A stretch of 64,000 nucleotides of DNA from an uncultured Gemmatimonadales bacterium. GTDB lineage: Bacteria > Gemmatimonadota > Gemmatimonadetes > Gemmatimonadales > GWC2-71-9. Position numbers and translations under genes: made by a program. This document shows positions 1 to 10,961 of the stretch, one piece after another. The notes beneath the pieces are model-generated. The model saw only the letters and a list, made by a program, of their open reading frames with translations. It did no database searches and was not told the DNA's origin. The stretch's first letter is position 1. Each line of letters opens with the position of its first letter. The DNA lies in contig CAWHFW010000005.1 in assembly GCA_963828735.1 (NCBI GenBank), positions 1,248,001 to 1,312,000 of the forward strand, given 5' to 3'.

Positions 1-1869
<1,869 letters not shown>

Positions 1870-1870
1870 C

Positions 1871-3751
1871 GTGCCCACCCTGCGCGAGCTGCTGGCGGAC
1901 AGCCGCGTCCACGTCGTGGACGGGGCGATGGGCACGATGCTCTACGGGCGCGGCGTGTTCCTGAACGTCTGCTACGACGAGCTCAACCTCCGGCAGCCGG
2001 ACCTGGTGCGGGACATTCACCGGGAATACGTGCGTGCCGGCGCCGAGCTGCTCGAAACCAACACGTTCGGCGCGAACCCGCTCAAGCTCGCGACGCACGG
2101 GCTGGCCGACGAGACCGAGCGGATCAACACCGCGGCCTCCACGCTGGCGCGCGAGGCGGCCGGGACGCGCGCGGCCGTGCTCGGCGCGATCGGCCCCCTC
2201 GGCGTGCGGGTCGAGCCGTTCGGCGAGCTCTCGCTGGACGAGGCCTGTGCGATGTACTCGCGACAGGCGCGCGGACTCCTCGTCGGTGGAGTGGACGGCT
2301 TCATCCTCGAGACATTCAGCGACGTGGCCGAGCTGGGCGCCGCCGTGCACGCGGTCCGGAGCGTCTCGGATCTGCCCATCATCGCCCAGATGACCGTCGG
2401 CACCGACGGAAAGACGCACTACGGCACGGATCCGCTGGTGTTCGGGCCCGAGCTGCAGGCGATGGGCGTGGACGTGATCGGCGTGAACTGCTCCGTGGGG
2501 CCGCATGGCGTGCTCGAGGCGGTCGAGAAGCTCGCGCGCGTGGTCACACTCCCCATCTCCGCGCAGCCCAACGCCGGCCTTCCCCGCGAGGTGGCCGACC
2601 GCAAGATCTACATGGCCTCCCCGGAGTACATGGCCAGCTACGCGCGGCGCATGGTCGAGGCTGGCGCCCGCCTGGTCGGCGGGTGCTGCGGGACGACGCC
2701 CGACCACATCCGCGCGATGGTGGGCTTCGTCCAGAGCGTCTCCCCGCGGCACGCGTTCGACATGGGCACCCTGCCGCCGCCGGCGCCGACGGTGGCGATC
2801 GAGCCCGTCCCGCTGGCGACGCGCTCCCGCCTGGGCGCCAAGCTCGCCGAAGGCCGCTTCGTGACGACGGTCGAAATCGTGCCGCCCAAGGGCGTCGACC
2901 CCGCGCCGATGTTTGCCCAGGTGCGGCAGCTCAAAGCGGCCGGCGTGGATGCGGTCAACGTGCCGGACGGCCCCCGCGCCCAGAGCCGCATGGGCGCGCT
3001 GCTGTCCGCCGTGATGATCGAGCGCGAGGTCGGGCTGGAGGCAGTCGTGCACTACGCCTGCCGCGACCGCAACCTGCTCGGCATGCTGTCCGACCTGCTC
3101 GGCGCCTCGGCTGCCGGTGTACGGAACCTCCTCATCATCACGGGGGATCCTCCGAAGATGGGACCGTATCCCGAGGCCACGGCGGTGTTCGACATCGACA
3201 GCATCGGGCTCACCAACCTGGTGGACCGACTGAATCGCGGCCTCGATCCCGGCGGCAACCCGATCGGACAGCCGACGAAATTCGTCATCGGCGTGGGGGT
3301 AAACCCGGCCGCGCCCGACTTCGAGCGCGAGCTCAAGCGCTTCGCCTACAAGGTGGAGGCGGGCGCGGAGTACGCGATCACACAGCCGGTCTTCGACCTG
3401 GCGCAGCTCGACCGCTTTCTGGCGCACGCCGAGGGCTTTCGGATCCCCGTGGTGGCGGGAATCTGGCCGCTCGTATCGCTTCGGAATGCGGAGTTCCTCG
3501 CCAACGAAGTGCCCGGCGTGAGCGTGCCGGACGCCATCGTGGATCGGATGCGCGCGGCGAGCGCCAACGGCAAGGAGGAGGCGCTCGCCGAAGGCGTGCG
3601 CATCTCGCGCGAGATGCTCGTGGCGGTGGCGGAGCGGGTTCAGGGCGTCCAGGTCTCGGCGCCCCTTGGGCGCGTCTCGGTGGCGCTCGAAGTGCTCGAA
3701 GCAGCGCCGATTGAACCCGTCGCAAGTCGAGGATATACTCCCCCCACCTGA
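1871..3751 (+). CDS. Bifunctional homocysteine S-methyltransferase / 5,10-methylenetetrahydrofolate reductase (YitJ-like)
   Basis: N-terminal DGAMGT, GVNC and GGCCGT Zn motifs. C-terminal MTHFR-like CRDRN, ITGDPP, AITQPVFD. Starts 1 nt after the metH stop. Confidence 0.93.
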   Translation: MPTLRELLADSRVHVVDGAMGTMLYGRGVFLNVCYDELNLRQPDLVRDIHREYVRAGAELLETNTFGANPLKLATHGLADETERINTAASTLAREAAGTRAAVLGAIGPLGVRVEPFGELSLDEACAMYSRQARGLLVGGVDGFILETFSDVAELGAAVHAVRSVSDLPIIAQMTVGTDGKTHYGTDPLVFGPELQAMGVDVIGVNCSVGPHGVLEAVEKLARVVTLPISAQPNAGLPREVADRKIYMASPEYMASYARRMVEAGARLVGGCCGTTPDHIRAMVGFVQSVSPRHAFDMGTLPPPAPTVAIEPVPLATRSRLGAKLAEGRFVTTVEIVPPKGVDPAPMFAQVRQLKAAGVDAVNVPDGPRAQSRMGALLSAVMIEREVGLEAVVHYACRDRNLLGMLSDLLGASAAGVRNLLIITGDPPKMGPYPEATAVFDIDSIGLTNLVDRLNRGLDPGGNPIGQPTKFVIGVGVNPAAPDFERELKRFAYKVEAGAEYAITQPVFDLAQLDRFLAHAEGFRIPVVAGIWPLVSLRNAEFLANEVPGVSVPDAIVDRMRAASANGKEEALAEGVRISREMLVAVAERVQGVQVSAPLGRVSVALEVLEAAPIEPVASRGYTPPT

Positions 3752-3790
3752 CGCACGCCGCCGACCGACCCTCCCCCGGAGCCCCGTCGC

Positions 3791-4954
3791 ATGCAGGACC
3801 TCCGTAGCGCCGCTCCCGCCCTGACTTCGCTGTCCGAAGAAGAACAGATGTTCCGCGACGCGGTGCGGGAGTTCGCCGAGTCGGAGGTGCGGCCGCACGT
3901 TCAGGCGATGGACGAGGCGGCGCAGTTCCGCCCGGACCTGATCCCCAGGTTCTTCGAGCTCGGCCTCATGGGCATCGAGATTCCGGAGGAGTTCGGCGGC
4001 GCCGGCGGCGGCATCTTCATGTCGGCGCTGGCCATCGAAGAGCTGGCCCGGGTGGACGCGTCCGCCGCGATCTACGTCGACGTCCACAATACGCTGGTGA
4101 ACAACGGCTTCCTTCGTTGGGGCAACGAAGAGCAGCGGCGACGGTACTTCCCGCAACTCACCACCGGGCTGCTGGGCGCGTTCGCGCTCTCGGAACCGGG
4201 GAGCGGCAGCGACGCGTTCGCTCTCGCCACGCGCGCGGAGCGCACGGGCGAAGGCTGGGAGCTCACCGGACGAAAGTTCTGGATCACGAACGGCGCCGAA
4301 GCCGGCGTGTTCATCGTGTTCGCCAATGCGGACCCGTCCAAGGGCTACAAGGGCATCACGGGGTTCATCGTCGAGCGGGGCTTCGAGGGGTTCGGCGTCG
4401 GGAAGAAGGAAAACAAGCTCGGCATCCGCGCGTCCAGCACCACCGAGCTCATCCTGGAGCGGTGCCGCGTTCCGGACACGAACGTCCTCGGTCCCGTGGG
4501 ACAGGGCTACAAGATCGCCATCGAAACGCTGAATGAAGGGCGCATCGGCATCGGCGCGCAGATGATCGGCATCGCCACCGGGGCGCTCGAAGCCGCGACG
4601 GCCTACGTCAAGGAGCGCCATCAGTTCGGCAAGGCGATCGCGGAGTTCCAGGGAGTGCAGTTCCAGCTCGCGCAGATGGCCACGGACCTGGAGGCCGCCC
4701 GGCTCATGGTCTACAACGCCGCGCGCCTCAAGGATGCCGGGCAGCCTTTCGCTCAGCAGGCCGCGATGGCCAAGCTGTTCAGCTCCCAGGTCGCGGACCG
4801 GACCACGTCGAACTGCCTGGAGCTGTTCGGCGGCTACGGCTACTCGAAGGAGTATCCAGCGGAGAAGTACTACCGCGACGCGAAGATCGGGACGATCTAC
4901 GAGGGAACGAGCAACATGCAGCTCCAGACCATCGCCAAGACGATGCTCAAGTAG
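3791..4954 (+). CDS. Acyl-CoA dehydrogenase (short/branched-chain type)
   Basis: AFALSEPGSGSDA, KFWITNG, KLGIRASST, RDAKIGTIYEGTSNMQ. Confidence 0.95.
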   Translation: MQDLRSAAPALTSLSEEEQMFRDAVREFAESEVRPHVQAMDEAAQFRPDLIPRFFELGLMGIEIPEEFGGAGGGIFMSALAIEELARVDASAAIYVDVHNTLVNNGFLRWGNEEQRRRYFPQLTTGLLGAFALSEPGSGSDAFALATRAERTGEGWELTGRKFWITNGAEAGVFIVFANADPSKGYKGITGFIVERGFEGFGVGKKENKLGIRASSTTELILERCRVPDTNVLGPVGQGYKIAIETLNEGRIGIGAQMIGIATGALEAATAYVKERHQFGKAIAEFQGVQFQLAQMATDLEAARLMVYNAARLKDAGQPFAQQAAMAKLFSSQVADRTTSNCLELFGGYGYSKEYPAEKYYRDAKIGTIYEGTSNMQLQTIAKTMLK

Positions 4955-4983
4955 CGGCCGTGCCGTTTCCTGAAGCCCGGAAC

Positions 4984-5010
4984 GGGCATGCCTGGACGGG
5001 TGCCCTTTTT
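4984..5010 (+). terminator. Intrinsic terminator after metH-yitJ-ACAD
   Basis: GGGCATGCC-TGGAC-GGGTGCCC hairpin followed by TTTTT. Confidence 0.7.
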
Positions 5011-5320
5011 CACGTCCGGAAACCGCTGGGTGTAGTGCGGAAGGGGAGCGTCCGTGGCCCGGTCGCCACGGCGACGTCGCTGGCTGGAGGGCGAACCGGC
5101 CCCCAACCCCTCCTTCACAGGGGTGACCGGCCACCCGCATCTGGGCCCGGTATTTGCGCTTAGTCGGTCTGCCAGGCGGAGATTGCCGCCCCGGCGAGAT
5201 CCGGTCGGCTTCAGCGGCGTAAAATCGTACATTGCTTGGTGTTATAGGGTTGACTGGCAGGCCGTCCCGGGCGACATTCCCCGCCCCGACATCGTAGGCC
5301 CCTTCTCGCAGGGAAGCGCC

Positions 5321-6910
5321 GTGGTTCTTTCATCGCTCCGTCGCCGTGTCGTGCTGCTGGCACTGACGGCCTTGATCCAGATTCCCTCTGCACCCCTCGC
5401 GGCGCAAACCGACGCCGGGTGGCTCACCGGGCGCATGGACGAGTGGTATCATCGCACCCAGCGCACTTCGCCCGGCGACTGGGGAATCGCGATTGCCGAT
5501 CAGTCCGGCCGCGTGCTCTGGAGTGTGGATCCCGACCAGCCACTCATGCCGGCCTCGACGGTCAAGCTGTTCACCACCGGCTTCGCCCGCAGCGTCCTCG
5601 GTGGAACGGCCCGACGCCCCACGCGCATCGTAGGCGAAGGCGCGCTGGACTCGACCAGCGGCGAATGGATCGGCAGCTGGGCCCTCGAGGTGAATGGAGA
5701 CCCGTCGCTCGAGCGCGCCGAGGGCTCCGGTCCCACGCTCTACGACCTGGCGCTTCAGCTGGCGGGCACCGGAGTCCGCAAGCTGACGGGTCCCCTCCAG
5801 CTTCAAAGCTCGAACGGACCGGCCGACGCGATCTATCCGGTGGTCTGGTCCTCGCACCACCAGGGGCGCATCTTCGCGCCGCTGGTCGGCCCGCTCACGC
5901 TTCACGAAAACGTCGTCTGGATCACCGTGCAGCCCGGCGCCCGTGTCGGCCAGCGGCCGCGCATCATCGAGACGGCGCCGGATGGCATCCGCTCCATGGT
6001 TACGGTCACCGCAGGCACGCGGTCCGGCCGGCGCTCGCGCCTGGCGCTCCGTGCCCGCGCCGACGGTGGATGGGTGCTGTCCGGCACCATCGGCGTCCGC
6101 GCCGTGCCGCGCCGCCTGACCGCGATCGCCCGGGACCCGCGGGCGGTGATGAGCGCCGTCTGGGCCGGCGCCCTTCAGCGTGCCGGCATCCGCTGGAACC
6201 CGGCTCCCTACGTGGGCGCACCACCTACCGGCGGACGGCAGATCCTGGCGGAAGTCTCCTCGCCGCCGCTCGACTCGCTGGCGAGCGAGATCAACAGGCG
6301 GAGCCTGAATCTGGGAGCGGAGCTGCTCCTGCAGTGGGCCGGCGGGCGCGATCACGCTCCGGCATTGCTCACGGACCATGTCCGCCAAGTGGTCGGGGCG
6401 GAGGCCGGCGTCACGCTGGTGGACGGCAGCGGGCTCTCCTACGATGACCGCGTCACCCCGCGGGCTTTTGTGACCTACCTGGCCAGGTTTCCCACCACGC
6501 CCGCGGGTCGGAATTTCCCGATGCTGCTCCCGGCCAACGGCACGGGTACCCTGCACCGCCTGAACAGCGGCTTCCCGGGCGTCGGCGTCGTTCGCGCCAA
6601 GACGGGCACGCTCGGCCGGGTGTCGACCGTGGTCGGCTATCTGGGCAGACCGGAGGGTACGCTGCTGGTCGCGCTGATGTACAACGGCGGACGGCCCTGG
6701 GCGGCGCGGCAGGCGCAGTGGAAGTTGTTCCGCGAACTGGGCGCCAACGGCGTCGTCATCCCGACCGATACGGTGCCCGACGTGCCGCCGGCCCAGCTCG
6801 GTGGTGATCCGACCAGCCCGCCGCCGTCCTGGTGGCCCGCCGGCGCCGACGAGAGCGACACGGTCGCCGTGGATGCCGAGGCGATTGACTCGACGCCCCA
6901 GGCGCACTGA
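5321..6910 (+). CDS. dacB: D-alanyl-D-alanine carboxypeptidase/endopeptidase (PBP4, peptidase S13)
   Basis: SxxK (PASTVK), SxN (RSLN), DGSGLS, AKTGTL. The GTG at 5321 gives a signal peptide, so the ORF-track start at 5054 is probably over-extended. Confidence 0.88.
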   Translation: MVLSSLRRRVVLLALTALIQIPSAPLAAQTDAGWLTGRMDEWYHRTQRTSPGDWGIAIADQSGRVLWSVDPDQPLMPASTVKLFTTGFARSVLGGTARRPTRIVGEGALDSTSGEWIGSWALEVNGDPSLERAEGSGPTLYDLALQLAGTGVRKLTGPLQLQSSNGPADAIYPVVWSSHHQGRIFAPLVGPLTLHENVVWITVQPGARVGQRPRIIETAPDGIRSMVTVTAGTRSGRRSRLALRARADGGWVLSGTIGVRAVPRRLTAIARDPRAVMSAVWAGALQRAGIRWNPAPYVGAPPTGGRQILAEVSSPPLDSLASEINRRSLNLGAELLLQWAGGRDHAPALLTDHVRQVVGAEAGVTLVDGSGLSYDDRVTPRAFVTYLARFPTTPAGRNFPMLLPANGTGTLHRLNSGFPGVGVVRAKTGTLGRVSTVVGYLGRPEGTLLVALMYNGGRPWAARQAQWKLFRELGANGVVIPTDTVPDVPPAQLGGDPTSPPPSWWPAGADESDTVAVDAEAIDSTPQAH

Positions 6911-6945
6911 GGCGCGACGCGGCGACCGCTGCTGCCGGAAGCGCG

Positions 6946-6980
6946 AGGGGCCTGCTCCACAGAGCAGGCCCCTTTCTCTT
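6946..6980 (+). terminator. Intrinsic terminator between convergent dacB and anti-sigma genes
   Basis: 12-bp stem AGGGGCCTGCTC-CACA-GAGCAGGCCCCT followed by TTCTCTT. Confidence 0.7.
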
Positions 6981-7007
6981 GCCTGGGCCTCCACGATCGT
7001 GACGCGC

Positions 7008-7733
7008 TCAGAACACGACGTGCGCGAGCGTGACCCCCTCGGGCTCGTCCGATCGATTCACGGCCGGCTCCATCGTCAGAGCGGCGCCCCTCACCGGCGC
7101 GGCGACTCCCGGCATGGGGAGGGTCATGAACGCCGGTCGCTGCATGTCGGCATTGATTTCGACCGACCGCACCATGCCGCTCTCGGTGATGAACCAGAAC
7201 TGGTACTTGTTACCCACCGGCGCCGGGGGAAGCCCGTGGACGATGACGCACCAGCGATGCGAGACCGCGTCCTGGAAGATGAGGAGGCCGCCGTGATGTC
7301 CGTTCATCGAGATCTGGGTCTGCAGGACCACGTTCGCACGCCGGAGCACGGACAGCGTGTCCTCAAGCGCCGCGAGACGGGTTTCGCGGGCGACGAGCTG
7401 CGACCGCAGCTCGCGGCCATCGCGCCGCGCCGAGAGCACGGAGCCACCAGCGGCCAGGGCGAGCACAGCCGCGGCGGCCATCGGCAGCCAGCGCCGCCAG
7501 CGATGAGGCCGATCGAGGACCTCGGCGGCCACGCGGCGGGAGAATCCCGGGGCGGGCGCCACCGGCGTCACACCCATCGGAAGCCAGGCGAGGTCGCGCT
7601 CGAGCGTCGCGACCTCTCGGGTGCACTCCTCGCAGCGGACGAGATGATCGCGGAAGGTCCGCTCCTCCCCGGGTTCGAGGCTGCGGGCCACGAACCCGGC
7701 GCGGTTCTCGACGTACCAATCGTGAGCCGTCAT
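7008..7733 (-). CDS. Anti-sigma factor (zinc-finger HxxxCxxC, TM, RskA-like C-terminus)
   Basis: HLVRCEEC ZAS motif, one TM segment, LPPAPVGNKYQFW and ALTMEP. Start ATG overlaps the sigma factor stop codon. Confidence 0.88.
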   Translation of the reverse strand: MTAHDWYVENRAGFVARSLEPGEERTFRDHLVRCEECTREVATLERDLAWLPMGVTPVAPAPGFSRRVAAEVLDRPHRWRRWLPMAAAAVLALAAGGSVLSARRDGRELRSQLVARETRLAALEDTLSVLRRANVVLQTQISMNGHHGGLLIFQDAVSHRWCVIVHGLPPAPVGNKYQFWFITESGMVRSVEINADMQRPAFMTLPMPGVAAPVRGAALTMEPAVNRSDEPEGVTLAHVVF

Positions 7734-8377
7734 GCGAGCCAGTCCTTGATCGGTGCGAGAGATGCACGGAGCTTGTCGAACGCCAGGCGGAGACGGGTCT
7801 TCACGGTTCCCATGGGGATTCCGAGCCGTTTCGCGATTTCCGAGTGCGTCAGACCTTCGAAGTACGCCAGCCGTACCACCTCCCGCTGTTCCGCGGGCAG
7901 CCGCTCGAGGGCCGCGTGCACCGATTCGTGCACATGCCACCCGGGGGTGGCGGCCTCGTCGACTTCCTTCGCGCGCACCCGATCAGCCGGCAGCTCGCCG
8001 TAGGCATCCGCGCGCGCCAGCTTCTGGCGCCAGCGACGGCGCCTGCGCAACCGGTCGATGGCGCGGTTGCGCGCGATCCTGAGCAACCAGGGCAGCAGCG
8101 CGTCGTGCTCGTCGCCGAGCGCGCCGACTCGCTCCCACGCCGTGGCGAAGACCTCCAGGACGACCTCCTCCGCCTCGTCCTGGTCGCTCAGCATGGAGGC
8201 GGTGAGACCGAGTAACCAGGGGCTCGCCGCCTCGATGAGCTCGACCAGCGCCTGCTCATCGCGCGCCATGAGCCGGCGCCGGAGGGTTGCCTCGCCGGCA
8301 AGCGCGAGCTGGCGCCGGCCCGCTGGTTCACCTGACGGACCGCGAGGACTCGCGCGCGGCGGCTCGGAATCGGGCAT
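7730..8377 (-). CDS. ECF-family RNA polymerase sigma factor (SigK-like)
   Basis: Region 2 WLLRIARNRAIDRLRR; region 4 LAYFEGLTHSEIAKRLGIPMGTVKTRL. Confidence 0.93.
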   Translation of the reverse strand: MPDSEPPRASPRGPSGEPAGRRQLALAGEATLRRRLMARDEQALVELIEAASPWLLGLTASMLSDQDEAEEVVLEVFATAWERVGALGDEHDALLPWLLRIARNRAIDRLRRRRRWRQKLARADAYGELPADRVRAKEVDEAATPGWHVHESVHAALERLPAEQREVVRLAYFEGLTHSEIAKRLGIPMGTVKTRLRLAFDKLRASLAPIKDWLA

Positions 8378-8550
8378 CGGCCTACTTATGCATCATCGAG
8401 CCGCCCGGCGCCAGCCACGTCTGTGCTGCGTCATGTCCGGCTCCTCCCTGGGCGCACTGTGGACCGTCCACAGAGAGGGAACGACCGAACGCGACATCCG
8501 GTTCTGCCGCGTTGGGTACCGTGGCCGGAAGGGGCGGGGATGGCGTGGCG

Positions 8551-8589
8551 AAAACGACAACGGGGGCGCGCCGATTGGCGCGCCCCCGT
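8551..8589 (-). terminator. Intrinsic terminator after the small membrane protein genes
   Basis: 13-bp stem ACGGGGGCGCGCC-GATT-GGCGCGCCCCCGT, followed on the minus strand by TGTCGTTTT. Confidence 0.7.
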
Positions 8590-8609
8590 CGCAAGGCCCG
8601 ACTCGGTCG

Positions 8610-8831
8610 CTACGCGCGCCGAGCGCTCGTGGTGAGGAGCACGACCCCGCCGACGATGGCGAGCGCGCCGAGCAGCGGAGGCACCGGCAGCGATTCCTTC
8701 TTGTCGGCGCTCGCCTGGATCGGTCCGACGTCGATCACCTTCTCCTTGTGCGTGAACGAGAACCCGCCGAACGCGAGGCCCGCGATTCCCACGATGATGA
8801 GCAGAACGCCGACGATCGCCGCCGGCCTCAT
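8610..8831 (-). CDS. Small two-TM membrane protein (DUF3185-like)
   Basis: MRPAAIVGVLLIIVGIAGLAFGGFSFTHKEKVIDVGPIQ...PVPPLLGALAIVGGVVLL. Overlaps the upstream gene stop. Confidence 0.75.
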   Translation of the reverse strand: MRPAAIVGVLLIIVGIAGLAFGGFSFTHKEKVIDVGPIQASADKKESLPVPPLLGALAIVGGVVLLTTSARRA

Positions 8832-8977
8832 ACGACTCGCCTGCCCTGGATGAGCTGGATGAGCGCGACGACGATGGCCACGACCAGCAGCACGTGAATG
8901 AAGCCACCGAGGGTGTAGGACGACACCATGCCCAGCAGCCACAGGACGAGCAGGATCACGAAGATGGTCCACAGCAT
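8828..8977 (-). CDS. lmo0937-family small membrane protein
   Basis: MLWTIFVILLVLWLLGMVSSYTLGGFIHVLLVVAIVV...QGRR, with a GGAGG RBS upstream. Confidence 0.85.
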   Translation of the reverse strand: MLWTIFVILLVLWLLGMVSSYTLGGFIHVLLVVAIVVALIQLIQGRRVV

Positions 8978-9170
8978 GACAGCCTCCCCCTGGTTGGAGC
9001 CCGGACGCGCGAGGGCTCCGGCGCGGCCCGGTCGGGCCGCCATCTCTGCCTCGCGCCAGCACGCTGCAACGGAAAACCCGCCGGCAGAAGCCGACGCGGT
9101 CAGACAGTAGCAGCGAATGGGTTCGGGGCGCCGTGACAGCAGTCACGGGAGAACTGGGGTGGCGGTAACG

Positions 9171-9203
9171 CGACGGCCCGGCCGATGTCCGGCCGGGCCG
9201 TCG
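9171..9203. terminator. Perfect 14-bp hairpin downstream of the S8 peptidase gene (probable terminator)
   Basis: CGACGGCCCGGCCG-ATGTC-CGGCCGGGCCGTCG; the U-tail is weak. Confidence 0.5.
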
Positions 9204-9221
9204 AGAATGTGCGAAATCGGT

Positions 9222-10703
9222 CTAGTGCACGCCGAGCGACGCCGCCACGTTGATGCGACCCTTGCCGTAGAACGGGTCGGTGCCCTTCTCGCCGAGGTCA
9301 TCGGCGCCCTTGATGATCGCATTCTTGAGCTGCACCGGACCGCTCACCCCTTCACTCGCGAGGGACGCGGCGAGCCCCGTGACGTGGGGCGCCGCCTGGC
9401 TGCTGCCCACGAAGCCGATCACCGGCAGGAACTGCGGCGGACACAGCAGCCCGATCGGGGGGGTGGTTGGAGTCGGCGTGTCCGGGCCGAAGTCGAGCGC
9501 CGTGGTCGAGCACGAGGACCAGACGGGCGTCAGATCGACCAGGTTCCCCTCCCCGTCGAGGATGACGTTGCCGCCCGGTGCGGCGACGGTGATCGCCGAC
9601 CGACCAAAATTGCTGAAGAACGAGGCGAACGCGTCGACGTTCACGAACGGTCCGAACGCGCTCTCGCCGGTGGGGCCGACTGCCGAGACGCACACGACGT
9701 GCGGCGCGTCGCAATAGGCCGAGAACGCGTTGGCGTTGTGGTCGAGGTCGCTGGCGTCGTTGCCGGCGGAAACCACGATCAGGACACCCTTCTGCTTCGC
9801 GTAGTTAAACGCGCGATTGATGACCGCGTTGAAGCCCTTGCCGTCCGACTTCGAGAAGGTGCCGCCCAGGCTCAGGTTGATCACCGAGACGCCGGCATCA
9901 GCGGCATACCGCATGCCGGCGAACACGGCGGCGGTGGGGCACATCGCGCGCATGTTGCAGACCTTCACCCCGACGAGCGTCGTCATGGACGTGATGCCGG
10001 CGGAGATGAATGCGTTGCTGCTCACCACGGTCCCAACGTGCGACCCGTGGCTGTGCAGGTCGGTAATCGGGTGGCGGCCGGGGCCGATGTACTTGAGGAC
10101 ACTGTCCGCCTCGTCGACGAAATCGACGGAACGGGCCAGATCGACGTGTCCGGCGAGATCGGGGTGCGTGTAGTCGAGGCCGCTATCCAGGATGGCGACC
10201 GAGGTGCTCGACGAGCCGAGCTTGCCCGCTGCCCACGCCGCGTCGGCATGCACCGAGATCATGTTCCACTGGATAGGAATCACCGAGAACAGGAACGCGC
10301 CGGTCGGATCGGTGGGGCTGTTGATCCGGTTGGCCCGCGGCTGGGTGGTCTTCACCGTCTTCGGCAGCTCGAGTTGGAGCACCGGCTCGATTTCCGCGGT
10401 CTCGGCCAGTCCGTCGCGCACCAGGCTCTGCGCCTCCGCGTCATCGAGCCCGCTCACCGCAGCGAAGCCCAGCTTGTCGTCCTGAAGACTCACCTTGCCG
10501 CCCAAGCTCTTGACCCGTGCCTCGAACGTGGCGGGCACCCCGGCCTTGAACGTGACGAGGTAGCGGGTGGTCTGAGCTTTGGCGCTGGCGGTGGAGAGCT
10601 GGGGCTGCTGAACGACGGGCGTGGGATCGGAGGTGTTGTCACACGCGGCGAGTCCTGCAAGGGCGACCGCGAGAGCCATGGCCCGGAGCGGATTAGACGG
10701 CAT
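9222..10703 (-). CDS. Subtilisin-family (S8) serine peptidase, predicted lipoprotein
   Basis: Lipobox LAAC, I9-like propeptide, triad ILDSG / HGSHV / GSSQAAPHV, oxyanion motif SAGN. Confidence 0.92.
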   Translation of the reverse strand: MPSNPLRAMALAVALAGLAACDNTSDPTPVVQQPQLSTASAKAQTTRYLVTFKAGVPATFEARVKSLGGKVSLQDDKLGFAAVSGLDDAEAQSLVRDGLAETAEIEPVLQLELPKTVKTTQPRANRINSPTDPTGAFLFSVIPIQWNMISVHADAAWAAGKLGSSSTSVAILDSGLDYTHPDLAGHVDLARSVDFVDEADSVLKYIGPGRHPITDLHSHGSHVGTVVSSNAFISAGITSMTTLVGVKVCNMRAMCPTAAVFAGMRYAADAGVSVINLSLGGTFSKSDGKGFNAVINRAFNYAKQKGVLIVVSAGNDASDLDHNANAFSAYCDAPHVVCVSAVGPTGESAFGPFVNVDAFASFFSNFGRSAITVAAPGGNVILDGEGNLVDLTPVWSSCSTTALDFGPDTPTPTTPPIGLLCPPQFLPVIGFVGSSQAAPHVTGLAASLASEGVSGPVQLKNAIIKGADDLGEKGTDPFYGKGRINVAASLGVH

Positions 10704-10961
10704 ACGAGCTCACTTGAGGAAGGTGGACAGCGAACGCGCGACACCGGTGAGCGGGGGCGCGGCTTGCGATGCGGTGAAAGATGATGAGGGGACCCGACCT
10801 ACTTCGATGGCTCAGGCAATGGACCGCCAAACTTGACGGGAGGCGGAGGCGTTCGCAAGCAGCCAGGATGCAACGTGCATGCAAGACTTTGCGCTGGACG
10901 ACCCCGGCACCTCTCGATACCTTCCGGCAACGCTTCCGCCCCCTCTCCATCACGGACTCCC

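Noticed and set aside
5054..5320. Long N-terminal extensions in the ORF track (dacB; also 14424, 17387, 19561, 21441, 50810, 59958)
   Set aside because: They overlap upstream genes or regulatory DNA. Downstream starts give proper domain boundaries and stop/start coupling.
9382..9410. S8 peptidase nucleophile motif GSSQAAPH instead of GTSMA.PH, as a possible pseudo-enzyme
   Set aside because: The catalytic Ser, His, Asp and oxyanion Asn are all present, so this is an ordinary variant.
10869..10885. Sigma54-like motif upstream of the S8 peptidase (CTTGCATGCACGTTGCA, minus strand)
   Set aside because: It lacks the invariant GG at -24.
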